A DNA stretch of 64,000 nt, from contig OZ024745.1 in NCBI GenBank assembly GCA_964016885.1, forward strand, positions 18,786,001-18,850,000, in the 5' to 3' direction. The notes under the pieces were generated by a model, which was given only the letters and a program-made list of their open reading frames with translations, was not told the DNA's origin and searched no databases. This DNA is from Eledone cirrhosa (Eukaryota). The position numbers and the translations under genes were made by a program. Of the stretch, positions 43,218 through 55,130 are shown in pieces (within the stretch, counting starts at the first letter, position 1; the number at the start of each line of letters is the position of its first letter).

Positions 43218-44510
43218 TTACCTCTCTGCGTCCCGGGTATCGGGCTGCACAATTTCCATTAGGGTGGGGGATGGGTTGTTGGGTGGGGTGGTGGTTTGTG
43301 GAAGTGTGGGGGCATCAGTGTGTTGTGTGGTTGGGGAGCTTGGAGTTGTGAGGGTGTTTGGGGAGGGGGTGGGATAGTTTTTTAGGAGGACGCGGTTAAT
43401 GGGCCCGACGCAGGGGGGACCCACGTCCTCTTTAAAATTGTTTTTTAAAGTTTTATAGGTGTCCTGTGGGGCCTTAATCATTGTGAGGTGGGGGAAATCC
43501 CCTGCCTGGGTGAAGTTAGGCCCTTGTGTTTTTATTAGATTGTTGTTGTACACAATGTTTAACAGTTTTTTGTTTCTTGTATTTATGTATGTGTATGCAT
43601 GTTTTTGTTTTTGTGTGGTGTTTTTTGTTTGCTGTTGTGAGCTCTTTTGTGTTGGTGTCAGTGTTATGTTTTGGGGAGGGGTTTTTTTCATTTGTGTGTC
43701 TGAGGTGTGTTTTCTTTTTTTTCTTTTGATTGTGTGGAAGTGCTCCTCCTCGTCTGACGACGAACTAGGGTCATCTTCCGCGTTGGAGGGGAGGGGTATA
43801 TTTTCGGGTTGTGTTTGCGGTACGGGTGTTTTGGAAATTGTTTTTGTTTTTTGAGTGGAGGGGATGGGTTGGACATTGTTTTGTTTTGGTTTGAGCTGTG
43901 GTGGTTGTTTTTGTAGTGGTAGTTGTGGTGATTGTGTTGGTTGTGCAGTTGTTGGTGGTGTAGGCAGGATTGGGGTTTTCTTATTAAGTTGGGGACAGAC
44001 AGCCCTCAGGTGACCTCTGGTTCCGCAGAGGTAACACGAGGGCCGTCTACCCTCAACGGTAATGTTGATGAAGGTTAGATCATCCAGTATGACGCGTTCA
44101 GGGATCTGGGCGATCCTTTCGGGCCTCATTTGAACTACAAGTTCGAGGCTCGTTCCACTGAACGCGTCACCCGATGCCTTTCCCATGGACACCAGCATGT
44201 CATCCTCCAGGTCCAGAAAACCTGTCAAAACCCACCATATGTCCATAATCGGCAGGATGGTGTGGATTTTTATTTTTTGTGTTCTTCTACCCATGTACGT
44301 AGGGTAGAAGGTGTATGCGGTGGATGTGATTGGTTTGATGGACAGTTTCACTGCTGTGTCCCTGTCCTTCATGAGAATGGATAGACTCCCGTAGAGTCTA
44401 TCCTTCTGAATGAAGGTGATGTCCTTCATGACGTCTTTTAAAACCAGCTCTATCTCGCTCTGTGATGGTTGAGCTGGTTTTTTACTTTTGTTCGAGATTG
44501 TCCTAAACAT
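43218..44510 (-). CDS. ORF1 C-terminal part (gag-like nucleic-acid-binding protein)
   Basis: Contains zinc knuckle CYLCGTRGHLRAVC, a P/Q/T-rich region and a basic KRKKRK patch. The frame stays open upstream of the ATG. Confidence 0.85.
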   Translation of the reverse strand: MFRTISNKSKKPAQPSQSEIELVLKDVMKDITFIQKDRLYGSLSILMKDRDTAVKLSIKPITSTAYTFYPTYMGRRTQKIKIHTILPIMDIWWVLTGFLDLEDDMLVSMGKASGDAFSGTSLELVVQMRPERIAQIPERVILDDLTFINITVEGRRPSCYLCGTRGHLRAVCPQLNKKTPILPTPPTTAQPTQSPQLPLQKQPPQLKPKQNNVQPIPSTQKTKTISKTPVPQTQPENIPLPSNAEDDPSSSSDEEEHFHTIKRKKRKHTSDTQMKKTPPQNITLTPTQKSSQQQTKNTTQKQKHAYTYINTRNKKLLNIVYNNNLIKTQGPNFTQAGDFPHLTMIKAPQDTYKTLKNNFKEDVGPPCVGPINRVLLKNYPTPSPNTLTTPSSPTTQHTDAPTLPQTTTPPNNPSPTLMEIVQPDTRDAER

Positions 44511-44536
44511 GACCGTGTTTAGGAGTCTCTGGCTTT

Positions 44537-45004
44537 TTAGTTCCGGGGGGAATGGATTGTGAATGAACCATTTTCCCCGTACACTATATATTTTTTCGCA
44601 TCCGCCAGTAGCTCCTTCGCTTTTGTTATATCTACTGGCAGATAGTCGAGGGTTTTCCTTGTCGTCTCGGCGAAGGAGAAATTTTGTTTGTTTGTGTTGT
44701 TGTTGTCGTTGGTGGTGTTGTTGTTATCATTGTTGTTGTTGTCACCGTTATTGGTCTTGTTGTTGTTATTGTTATTGTTATTGGTGTTGTTTTCGTCCGT
44801 CGCATTGTTGTTGTTGTTGCTGTTGCTGCTGGTTCTTTGGGTTGTTGCCATGGCAACGTCAAGTTGTCGGTTAACAGGTGGAGAGAATTCTTCCTCTGGC
44901 TGACCTATCTTCTTGACCTCTGCTACTGTGACAGTGGCAGGGGGAAGCTGTAAGTTCGTCTTCCCCTTTCCTCCTTCGAATTTTGGTGAAGAAGCTTCAG
45001 CCAT
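44537..45004 (-). CDS. ORF1 N-terminal part with poly-Asn tract, out of frame by 1 nt with the rest of ORF1
   Basis: First long ATG-initiated frame after the 5' UTR. One extra base, for example in the G6 run at 44545-44550, would fuse it into a single ORF1 of about 595 aa. Confidence 0.7.
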   Translation of the reverse strand: MAEASSPKFEGGKGKTNLQLPPATVTVAEVKKIGQPEEEFSPPVNRQLDVAMATTQRTSSNSNNNNNATDENNTNNNNNNNNKTNNGDNNNNDNNNTTNDNNNTNKQNFSFAETTRKTLDYLPVDITKAKELLADAKKYIVYGENGSFTIHSPRN

Positions 45005-45215
45005 TTAAAAAAATATTGACTTTTCAACAAGAAAAAACTTTTTTTTTAACTATTTCGCCTAAAGGCGTAGAATATTTTGAGAGACTGACCAGATCAAAGT
45101 TTGACCTGGCAGTCCCTCTACAAAATGGTACAAAAATTAAAGTTATCAGACAAGAATTTCTATAGAAATTTAAACAGAACTTACTCAGCAAGTTATACGC
45201 GTGTGTCCATCCCAG

Positions 45216-45216
<1 letters not shown>

Positions 45217-45278
<62 letters not shown>
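45217..45278. repeat. (GATA)n at the 5' junction of Tx1 copy 1
   Basis: Seen directly in the sequence. Confidence 0.97.
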
Positions 45279-45309
45279 GCTAACAACCGACCCAATGCAC
45301 CACCCTGGA

Positions 45310-45358
45310 TTGATCTCGGCGGGATTTGAACTCAGTGTACAAAGCACAGGAAGAAATA
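45310..45358 (-). mobile_element. SINE fragment related to family A
   Basis: ctcggcgggatttgaactcag is shared with 53430-53450. Confidence 0.5.
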
Positions 45359-46266
45359 TTAAAAGACATTACACCCTACGTAGTAATGACTTGTCAAGCC
45401 CCCCTTCCTCGTCTTCTGATTTCAACTAGTTTCGATCGTCTTGTTTCCATTCAGGTTCAGAATAGCGAAAGCTCGTCTTATTTGCTGAGGGCATTTTCAA
45501 GAAACCTATTAGTTGTTGTAGTTGTTTATTTTCAAATATTTTCTATTTCTCTTCACCGATAATATTTATTAGATTTAAATTGTTTCTATGGTTAAAATAT
45601 ATGTATATTTTTTCTAATCGTCTATTCTTGCTTTATTGAATAATGTCTGTAAATTCACATGTGCCACATTTCTAGCAATGATGTATGTTATTGCCTTCAG
45701 GCATACTTTGTTTTGCTATTTTCCATGCATAAAACGTGCCTCCAGGCTTCAAACTAAAGAGAAAGTTGAGTTGTTCTTTTTAATTTCTATCAGCAAATGA
45801 AAAAGGAAACAGTTTACGAAAAGAATATGTCAACCGTCTTAACCAGCCAATAAAAGTAATTTTGATTAAAATATATAATCACTAAAAGTATGCTTAATAG
45901 AAGAAACCCCAAAGTGATTCTAATAACATGGAAATCATGTACGTGTCTTAGAATATTGCTTATAACAATCGTCTCTAAGCAATCAGGACCTTAACTATTT
46001 TCATCACTTTCTAACTCCTGTCAACTGTAAACACGTTGCCACCATGTATTTTTTCTACGACAGTGTAAGTAGCTTATTGTGATCACTTTTCTAATGGAAC
46101 GTTTAAGATCACAAGGACCGGCTTTGAGTTATGAGAGACACGGTGGTTGGTCAGTTATGTGTTAGCCTTTCAATAGCAGTAACTAGGGCAGCGGGGGATT
46201 TTGTCAGATGCTGTGATTCCAGACAAAGTGAGTAAAGAATGAGATCAAAAGCTTTGTATGTGTGTG

Positions 46267-46387
<121 letters not shown>

Positions 46388-46728
46388 TCAAGCCATATTC
46401 TTATAAACAACACAGAGGATATATCGATGTCTGGATCTAATAAGAGGATAAGTATTGTTCATTTCCAATAACTGTAGATTGGCGGATTTATTTGTCGGAC
46501 TGACTGTTTTGCGATATTTTATCCGGCTCTGTGTTCTAACTTTTTCTTCCACTTTCTCCTGCCAGGAACTACTACAGGCAGATAATACCAGCAATAGAAA
46601 CATAGTTTCCTTGGTTCAATCTGATGATCGACTTCTTTCATTATCATTTTAATAAAGAACTAGGTTCATCCTCTCCACTTGCTCCTCCCTACAACCCCGA
46701 TTTACAGATCTCTACCTTATTATCTCTA

Positions 46729-46904
46729 TTGGCAGTATCGGTAGAGGGTTGGACACCATGCTTTCTAGCATAGTTACGTCCCTTTACGGTATGAGTTCAA
46801 ATCCCGTCAAGGCTAACTTTGCCTTTCATCCTTACGGGGTCGATAAAATAAAGTACCAGTAATGTACTGGGATAATTGCTGGCCTTGTGCCTAAAGTAGA
46901 AACA
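46729..46904 (+). mobile_element. tRNA-derived SINE, family A
   Basis: Homologous to 28146-28319, with 10-bp target-site duplication attatctcta. Confidence 0.88.
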
Positions 46905-46980
46905 ATTATCTCTAACCCTTCCAATAAACTATAAGCATTCAAAAGGGGTTGCCTCCCTTTTCCCTTCTTCTATATATATA

Positions 46981-47012
<32 letters not shown>

Positions 47013-48315
47013 TGTGTGTGTGTGATGTACAGACAGATGAAGAAACATGTCCTCTTTTATAATTCAGAGTACGAATCCACTAAATTTGACAAATATTATT
47101 ATACATTCATAACATTTAGTTTTTGTGCAGTGTTTTCTTTCAGGTCACTGTGGACATACATATGTTTAGTGTTTCTATCGTCATATAAAACGCCAACCGG
47201 AAGTGTGAGTTAGTTGACGTATTTCCTCCCGCCTAGTAATATATTGCTCTCCTCACGTTTGAGCACTTGATTAATATACCTGTTTTTAGTCTTATTGTTT
47301 GGAAGACAATACGATGTTCACAAGCTGTCTAAATTGCTCCTAAGCTACACATTTCTTCTATTGTATCTTTTAAATTAATTCCTATCGCTATCGCTATTTC
47401 CGTAGAGGCTTCTTGTTCACGTTTAGGTGCTTGCGGGTCTTTCCTCAATCATGCCAATATTTTTTATACCAGTGCCAGTACTACATCAATATAAAATGTT
47501 GTAACGTTGTAAAAGGAAAGCACTAAGTGTGTGGTGTCTTATTGGATAATTTTGTCTTTTTAATTTAGTAAAGTAATCTTTGATTAATCTGCTTTTGTAC
47601 GCCACACCTCTATATGATCTATTTTCGTAAATAACCAGGTATTGGCAGCTTTTATTGGGATGAAAGGGGGAATAAATAGAGATTGATAATGTAAAAATAT
47701 CAGTTTAGAATCTTATTAAACCCAGCTGTTTCTGGATATTCTAAGTATTTTCAATGTAGATGTTTAGATTATGAGAAACAAATTTCGGTTTAGATCCCGT
47801 GAGTCTTTTTTTTCTTCTGTTTTTAGACCATATATGTATAACCATTGTGCTTTTTAAAAAAAGATACAATGGATTTAATATCAAAATGAAAGGAAACACG
47901 AACAGATTATGTTCTTAGAATATTCCTTTCGAAATATTTATAATATAACATCAGAGAAAATATGTAATTTTACTTACAAGAGTGAAGATGATTGAACAGA
48001 TATATTTGTGCACATTTAGTGGGCAGAAGTGGGGGTACTAGTAAAAATACAGTAGTTCACGAAACGGTAAATACTGAATAGAGACAAGCACTTTTTTGTA
48101 AGCAACTCTCTCACAGACAACAAAACGTTATCAATCAATGTATATTGATGAATGTATGTAGGTAGACTGTATGTTAGTATGTATGTATGTATGTATGTAC
48201 GTATGTATATAGGTAGATAGGTAAGTATGTACGTATGTATGATGAGTGCATGTTCGTATGTATATATGTATGATGTGTATTTGTATGTATGCATGTGTGT
48301 GTGTGTATGTGTGTA

Positions 48316-49341
48316 AATTTCTTTATTAGCCACAAGGGCACAAAAGAAGGGGACAAATACAAATGGGGAGTTTACATACAGGTATATGAAAATAAAACTA
48401 TTAGTAAAATAACAAATAGCAATTGAAATCCCCAATAGGGGGGGAGGCGTTACAGAGGGGTTGTACACACCCCGAAAAAATGTACACCCTCATCTCCAGG
48501 AGCACCAAGAGTGAGTACTCCTTTCCTCTCTTCCTCTTTTTCCTCAACCTACAGGCTTATATAGAGAGAAGGGCCAACCACTCGGACCATCTTTGCCACA
48601 TTCATCCACCTTTTATAAAATTTGCTGGGGGACAGCACCCCTCTCTCCATCCTGATTCTTCTTCCAAAATGATATTTGAAAAAACGAATCAGTTGCTCGC
48701 CGGAGAGAAAGGTGTCTGACCTCAGCCCTTTTAACCTCGTCCACCATATAACCTCTTTCACCATAGCCATAACACATAGGAAAACCGCCTCTCCCTCGTT
48801 TTTGAAGGAGGGTGGCGGTTTATCATGACAATAGACTCGGTGGTCAACTGGATTGGTCCCACCCGCGAAAATAGTCGTTCTACATAGGCCCACAGTCGGT
48901 AACGCCCGGGCAGTGTACAAATGCGTGCGCGACGGTTTCCTCGTCGCGCACGCATCTCGGACAGATCTTTTTCGAAGGGTCCCTACCCGGCCGCCCGTGT
49001 CTGTAGAGCTTGTCTCAAACTGGTAGAGCTCCTCGGTAGCACTGCCAGGCCAGGGACTTTTGGATGTTGTCCATTGGTCCCGGGCGGAAGGTCCTACCGA
49101 ACAGACTGCTCAGTTCGTCCTCCTCTACGCCTAGAGTTTCTCCGAGCGTGTCATCGCACTTGCTGCGGACCAACCCTCTATAGAATGTCGAAGTGGAGTC
49201 TCCACTGATCGCCGGGTCCGTTTGCCAGAGGACTGTCAGCGCCTGAGCACATTCGATGTGCCAATCGTCCATTTTCCTCGGTCTTTGCTTGATACAGGAC
49301 TGCAGCTCGGTGGGAAGTGGTGGGAAGGCTCGCCTCACGAA
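48316..49341 (-). mobile_element. Tx1-like copy 3 (3' fragment, decayed, second subfamily)
   Basis: ORF2 C-terminus is homologous (...SLAWQCYRGALPV...GPSLYISL) with frameshifts. The 5' junction is at (GATA)n; the 3' flank is mixed (GT)/(GTAT). Confidence 0.9.
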
Positions 49342-49342
49342 T

Positions 49343-49424
<82 letters not shown>

Positions 49425-49629
49425 GTATTTCTTTATTTGCCACAAGTGCGTACAAGAAATGGCACATTACAAGATGTGACGGCAGGGGTTTACATAAAAA
49501 TCGTATAAACTTTAACATTAATATATAACAATAAACTATATATAAAATAAAATAACAATCGAAATCCCCAATAGTGGGGAACGTTACTGCGTGGTTGCTT
49601 TACACCCCGCCGTGGATAGAACAACCCTC
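49425..49629 (-). mobile_element. Tx1-like copy 4 (3' UTR only, third subfamily)
   Basis: Has the tttctttatttgccac 3' terminus and (GATA)n on both sides. Similar to copy 6. Confidence 0.85.
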
Positions 49630-49652
49630 ATAGATAGATAGATAGATAGATA

Positions 49653-49738
49653 TATTTCTTTATTAGCCACAGGGGCACAAAAGAAGGGGACAAATACAAA
49701 GGGGGAAGTTTACATACAATAAAAACGTGTAAAATGTT
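49653..49738 (-). mobile_element. Tx1-like copy 5 (last about 85 bp of the 3' UTR)
   Basis: Matches the copy 3 terminus (ttattagccac...aaaagaaggggacaaataca) and has (GATA)n on both sides. Confidence 0.85.
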
Positions 49739-49772
<34 letters not shown>

Positions 49773-50615
49773 TTCTTTATTTGCCACAGGGGCGAACACA
49801 AATGGGACATTACAAGACGTGATGGCGGGGGTTTTACATAAAATCTTTAACAATGGTTAACAATAAAATATATACAAAATAAAACAATCGAAATCCCCAA
49901 TACGTTACTGCGGGGTTGTTTTACACCCCGTGGATAGAACAACTCTCAACACCAGGAACACGTTTTGTAGGTGTTCCGTATTCCCTTTCTTTGTCTTCCT
50001 CAACCTACAGGTTTATATACAGAGAGGGCCCATTCACGCGGGCTATTTTTGCCACATTCACCCACCTTTCAGCGAATTTACTGGGGTGTAGCACCTCTCT
50101 CTCCACTCTCACCTTCCTTCTGAAGTGGTACTTAAAGAAGGGGATGAGTTGTTGTCCGGAGAGAAAGCAGGTGTTTGCTCTCAGTCCTTTTAACCTCGTT
50201 CACCATATTACCTCCTTCGCCATAGCCACCAGAGGAAAACCGTCTCTCCTTCATTCTTAAATGACGGCGGCGGGGCGATCCTCACTATGGACTCGGCTGA
50301 CAACTGGATGCGTCCCACACGTGACAGTAGCTGTTCGACATAATTCCACAGGTCGGACACACCTGGGCACTGGAAAATTGCGTGCAGAACAGTTTCAATG
50401 TCCTGCTCGCATCTTGGACAGGTCCTTTTGGCAGGATCTCTGCCAGAGCGTCCGTGCCTGTAGATTTTGTCTCGAACTGGTAGAGCTCTTCGATAGCACT
50501 GCTAGGCCAGAGACCTCTGGAAGTTATCCATAGGCCCTGGACGGAAAGTCCTCCCGCACAGACTGGTCAGTTAATCTTCCTCGATGCCTAGAGTTTCGCC
50601 GAGAACGTCGTTGCA
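49773..50615 (-). mobile_element. Tx1-like copy 6 (3' fragment, decayed)
   Basis: Diverged ORF2 C-terminus plus 3' UTR. The 5' junction runs into degenerate gata/gaca repeats. Confidence 0.88.
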
Positions 50616-50744
50616 GATAGACAGACAGATGAATAGATACACGAACAGACAGAATGTCGGTGATATTTTTTCATATTTTCTTCATTCTGCCCTTCGTATT
50701 CATCTTGCATCTTTTTAATGACTTTCTCCCTCCTAAACGCATGC

Positions 50745-50905
<161 letters not shown>

Positions 50906-51821
50906 CATGCCCATATACATACATACACAAGCACACAGAAGAAAAAAACACTTTCTGCTTCACTAACACACACACACTGATGTTCTGTGCGCTTTTTTCT
51001 TATCAATTCTTGTCATTGTTTTCTCCTCCTTTCTCTCTTTCTCTCCCCTCTCCCCCTCCCTCTCTCTCTCTCACTCTATTGCTTTTAAATTTTATTTTCT
51101 TTCCTTTTCTTTTCCTTCCACCTTCCCGTTGCTATTATCACCATCCCGACACTAATCATCATCGGTACCATCAACCAGATCATCATCATTATCATCACCA
51201 TCATCATCACCATAACATCAATTTTTATCACCATAGCATATCATTTTCACATTATTATCATCATCATTATCACAGTTGCCGTCGCCATTTTGTACTCTCT
51301 CACAAACCACCATTTTTTCCACAACCACCACCACCAACTCCACCCTGTCATTTTCTTCTCAATTCCGTTACTTCCTGCCTTTAATATCATTCAATGACAA
51401 TATCCACGTCAGAAGCTCATTGTTCCGTATTAACTTGCAGCTTTTCACAATGTTTACTAATTTTTCTCACGTCTCCTTCTTCTTCTAAAGATCTGAGATG
51501 TTTTTAGCTAACCTCTCTTCTTAATCACAGTCTTGCTCGCTATCAACTCATGAATATTCAGTGCTGATAACAGCTCAAAGCATTCTTCAACCACCTTGTC
51601 ATTATCAAACCACATCCATTCGTAACATCACATCTTCATCCATCATTTACCTTCAGTATATTCACGAGCAGCATATGGTCGAGTTGGGGTGATACCAAAT
51701 ATTCGACCAATGGTTTTATGTTTCGTATCTACGAACATCAACTGAAAAGTTCATAAGCTGACTAAGACAATCACAGGAAATGACCAAATGAGGTTTATGT
51801 TTCAATATAGTTCCTGTAAAG

Positions 51822-52069
51822 GCGCATGACTTAGTGGTTAGAGCATTGGGCTTGCAATCGAAAGGTTGTGAGTTCAATTCTCGGACCGGGTGATGTGTTG
51901 TTTCCTTGAACAAGACACTTTATTTGACGTTGCTCCAGCTTACTCATCTGTAGAAATGAGATGATAGGACTGGGTCCCTATCATTAAAAAACACCCAAGA
52001 AACCTCCAATGAGATACAACCCTGGAGCAGGCCAGCTAAACCTGCATAGGTGTGAGCTGTAACAACAAC
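51822..52069 (+). mobile_element. tRNA-derived SINE, family B, with CORE-like central region and (AAC)n tail
   Basis: Has A-box and B-box (gagttcaattc), ccttgaacaagacacttta and target-site duplication ata(g/a)ttcctgtaaag. Confidence 0.8.
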
Positions 52070-52106
52070 ATAATTCCTGTAAAGAAACAATGGGTAAAGA
52101 AACAAT

Positions 52107-52444
52107 GGATGAAGGCGCATGGATTTGTGGTTAGAGGTTCGGGCTTACAATCGCGAAGTTGCGAATTCGATTCCGGGACCGAGATGTGTGTCGTGTTCTT
52201 AAACAAGGCACTTTATTTCACGTGGCTCTAGTTTACTCAGCTATAGAAATGGGTTGCGACTTCACGTGTGCCATGTTGTATTGGCCTTAGACTTTCCCTT
52301 GGACAACAACGGTGACGTGGAGGTGGGAGACCAGTATGCTTGGACAATTGCTGGTCTTCCACAAACAACCTTGTCCAGACTTGTGCCTCGGAGGGCAACT
52401 TTCTACGTGAAAATGCCATGGTCACTCGTGATTGATGGGAGTCT
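52107..52444 (+). mobile_element. tRNA-derived SINE with family B head and core but a different tail
   Basis: Same head and core as 51822, with 13-bp target-site duplication taaagaaacaatg. Confidence 0.8.
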
Positions 52445-52727
52445 TAAAGAAACAATGCAGTTATTAATAAGAAGAGTTGAGATTAATGCATGCAAGGTTT
52501 CACAGCTCTAGCATCACTTCTCTATAGTCAGCCTATGAACTTTTCACCCTACGCTGGTACTTACTGACATGATGTCTACCTTACCAAGTTAAAATTTTAT
52601 TAAGTTTGCAGTTTAGATTCTCCCATCAGGGAGTGCTGTAAACCCACATCACTTTATGTCACTCCGAACATGTTATAAATGTGTTATTATAGTTGAATAT
52701 CTCTAGATGTGCAGTGATCCAATATAC

Positions 52728-52772
<45 letters not shown>

Positions 52773-53060
52773 TGTGGGGGGGGTAGTATTCATTTTACTA
52801 AGGCTAAATAGCGATTATTGATTATTGTTACTCTGGAGTTTCGCCTTGCTTCTCCTAGGGTGAGACTTACTACTTAGCCTTAATAATATGAATATTTAAA
52901 CTCTACTTCCGTATTGAGTACTCTTTTTTTTTCTCGGCCGTCAACTACATACGGATATATATATATGTATGTATGAGTATGTGTGTATGTGTGTGTATGA
53001 TTGTGTTTGTGTGTGTTATTTTTAAAAAAAGCTCTGTTCCAGTTTACTCAATTTTGTTAC

Positions 53061-53097
53061 GGGTTAGGGTTAGGGTTAGGGTTAGGGTTAGGGTTAG
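53061..53097 (+). repeat. Interstitial (TTAGGG)n, about 6 units
   Basis: gggttagggttagggttagggttagggttagggttag. Confidence 0.9.
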
Positions 53098-53352
53098 CCC
53101 CATTTTCAAAATCAGAATTACCATACTGCACTAAAACATGCCCTATGGCATTTCTTGAACTTTGCAGTTCTAGGAATGAAAAATAAAATAATACTAATTT
53201 CATTAATAAATTAGTCTATAGAAATGTAGGTCGTGTTATATCCGGAGGAACATTATTTCTTACGTGCTTAGCAGTGGTCGTAAAGGCTGATGGGAGTTTT
53301 ATAAAGTGAAAGACAGGGTTTACAATTATAATAGGTTAACCACTATTATAAT

Positions 53353-53512
53353 TGTTTCTACTTTTGGCACAAGGCCAGTAATTATCCCAGTGCATTACTG
53401 GTACTTTAAGGATGAAAGGCAAAGTTAACCTCGGCGGGATTTGAACTCAGATCATAAAGGGATGTAAGTCTATGCTGCAAAGCATGGCGTCCAACCCTCT
53501 ATCGATACTGCC
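53353..53512 (-). mobile_element. tRNA-derived SINE, family A, with an internal deletion
   Basis: Reverse-complement homologue of 46729-46904, flanked by tataatt. Confidence 0.85.
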
Positions 53513-53721
53513 TATAATTGGTCTCGTCAATGTTGCATTTGTAATTGTTAATATTCGGTTTCTATTCTGATATTAGTAAAACTTGTGGAATTCTTTATAG
53601 GGTTGGTGTTATCCGTTATTGTAGTCCTATCTAATTGTGCTGCCTGTACCGTTTATATGGAAAGGTTGTTCCCTACATATACATACACTCGCACATACAT
53701 CACACATGCACGTAAACACAA

Positions 53722-53752
<31 letters not shown>

Positions 53753-53893
53753 AGAATTAAAATACTAGAGTGTGTTGGAGTTAAACACCCTCTTCGTATT
53801 ATAGAAATGACAGTAAAGGTATAGCTCAATGTAATTAAAGAGAGCCGAAGAATTATGAAAATAAACCAAAGAAGCCTTCAATACATCAAAAGT

Positions 53894-53947
53894 CTTTATT
53901 AGCCAACAATGTTTCGTCCTATTAAGGACTCATCAGGGCAATTAAAG
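53894..53947 (-). ncRNA. Type I minimal hammerhead ribozyme
   Basis: ctttaattgcc CTGATGA gtcc-ttaata-ggac GAAA c-att-g TT ggctaataaag. The core is canonical and stems I and II pair. Confidence 0.8.
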
Positions 53948-54231
53948 CTATAAGAAGCACTATCGGCCAATACAAGCCAAAAACTCAGAAGAATATGGAG
54001 TGTACATACATTAAAGCATAGGAATTTTCATAAAAATATATATATATATATACATACATATGTATGGGTGTGGGGGGAGGGGGGCGTTTGTGTGTCTGTG
54101 TATGTAGTAACACACTTTCATAACATATACATATGTGTGTTTGTATATATATATGTGTATATAAAAATACACATATATATATATATATATATACAGTTGA
54201 AAATTGCAAACTCGACTGTCACCACATATCA

Positions 54232-54270
54232 TGAACCTGAAGATTGCGAAAGCATGAAAGTACTTGTTCA
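54232..54270 (+). ncRNA. Type I minimal hammerhead ribozyme
   Basis: tgaac CTGAAGA t-tgc-gaaa-gca-t GAAA gtac TT gttca. Stem I is perfect, stem III is the palindrome AGTACT, and there is a U.U at the base of stem II. Confidence 0.65.
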
Positions 54271-54439
54271 ATTAACACTTAGAATTTAATATTCTATCAT
54301 ACTATTTCATTATAATACCATTATATATATTTTAAAGGATTGTAAATAAAACGAGTAAATCAGACAAAGTTGGAATTCCTCTTATTAATATAATCTTCTA
54401 TACACAATCATACACACCCGTGTATATTTACCTATCTAT

Positions 54440-54442
54440 ATC

Positions 54443-54480
<38 letters not shown>

Positions 54481-54605
54481 CGTGTGTGCTTGTATGTATG
54501 TATATATATATATATAATATATATATATATTATATATATATATAATATATATATACATACAGATATATATATTGATATATATATATGCGTGTGTGTGTTT
54601 GTATG

Positions 54606-54646
<41 letters not shown>

Positions 54647-54726
54647 TATTATATATATATATAATATATATATACATGCATATATATATATATTGATATA
54701 TATATATGCGTGTGTGTGTTTGTATG

Positions 54727-54801
<75 letters not shown>

Positions 54802-54883
54802 TATTATATATATATATAATATATATATATACATGCATATATATATATATTTATATATATATATGCGTGTGTGTGTTTGTATG

Positions 54884-54950
<67 letters not shown>

Positions 54951-55130
54951 TTATATATATATATAATATATATATACATGCATATATATATATATTTATA
55001 TATATATATGCGTGTGTGTGTTTGTATGTATGTATATATATATATATATAATATATATATATTATATATATATATAATATATATATACATATATATATAT
55101 TTATATATATATATATGCGTGTGTGTTTGT
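54440..55130. repeat. Compound (TA)-based minisatellite, about 5 units of 110-160 bp
   Basis: Recurring gcgtgtgtgtgtttgtatgtatg(ta)n...catgca(ta)n pattern. Confidence 0.85.

Larger units (their letters stand above)
39492..45216 (-). mobile_element. Full-length (about 5.7 kb) Tx1-group L1-clade non-LTR retrotransposon, copy 1
   Basis: Has an about 210-bp 5' UTR, ORF1 with CCHC knuckle, ORF2 EN-RT-ZnF and an about 265-bp 3' UTR with AATAAA. (GATA)n lies on both sides. Confidence 0.95.

Noticed and set aside
36095-45165. Plus-strand and off-frame ORFs overlapping the Tx1 elements
   Set aside because: These are shadow frames of GC-rich or low-complexity coding DNA, with no recognisable motifs.
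46388-46660. Short coding-looking ORFs in unique DNA
   Set aside because: No recognisable domain or convincing splice context.
51821-52180. tRNA genes
   Set aside because: A and B boxes are present but there is no full cloverleaf. The sequences continue into SINE cores and have TSDs.
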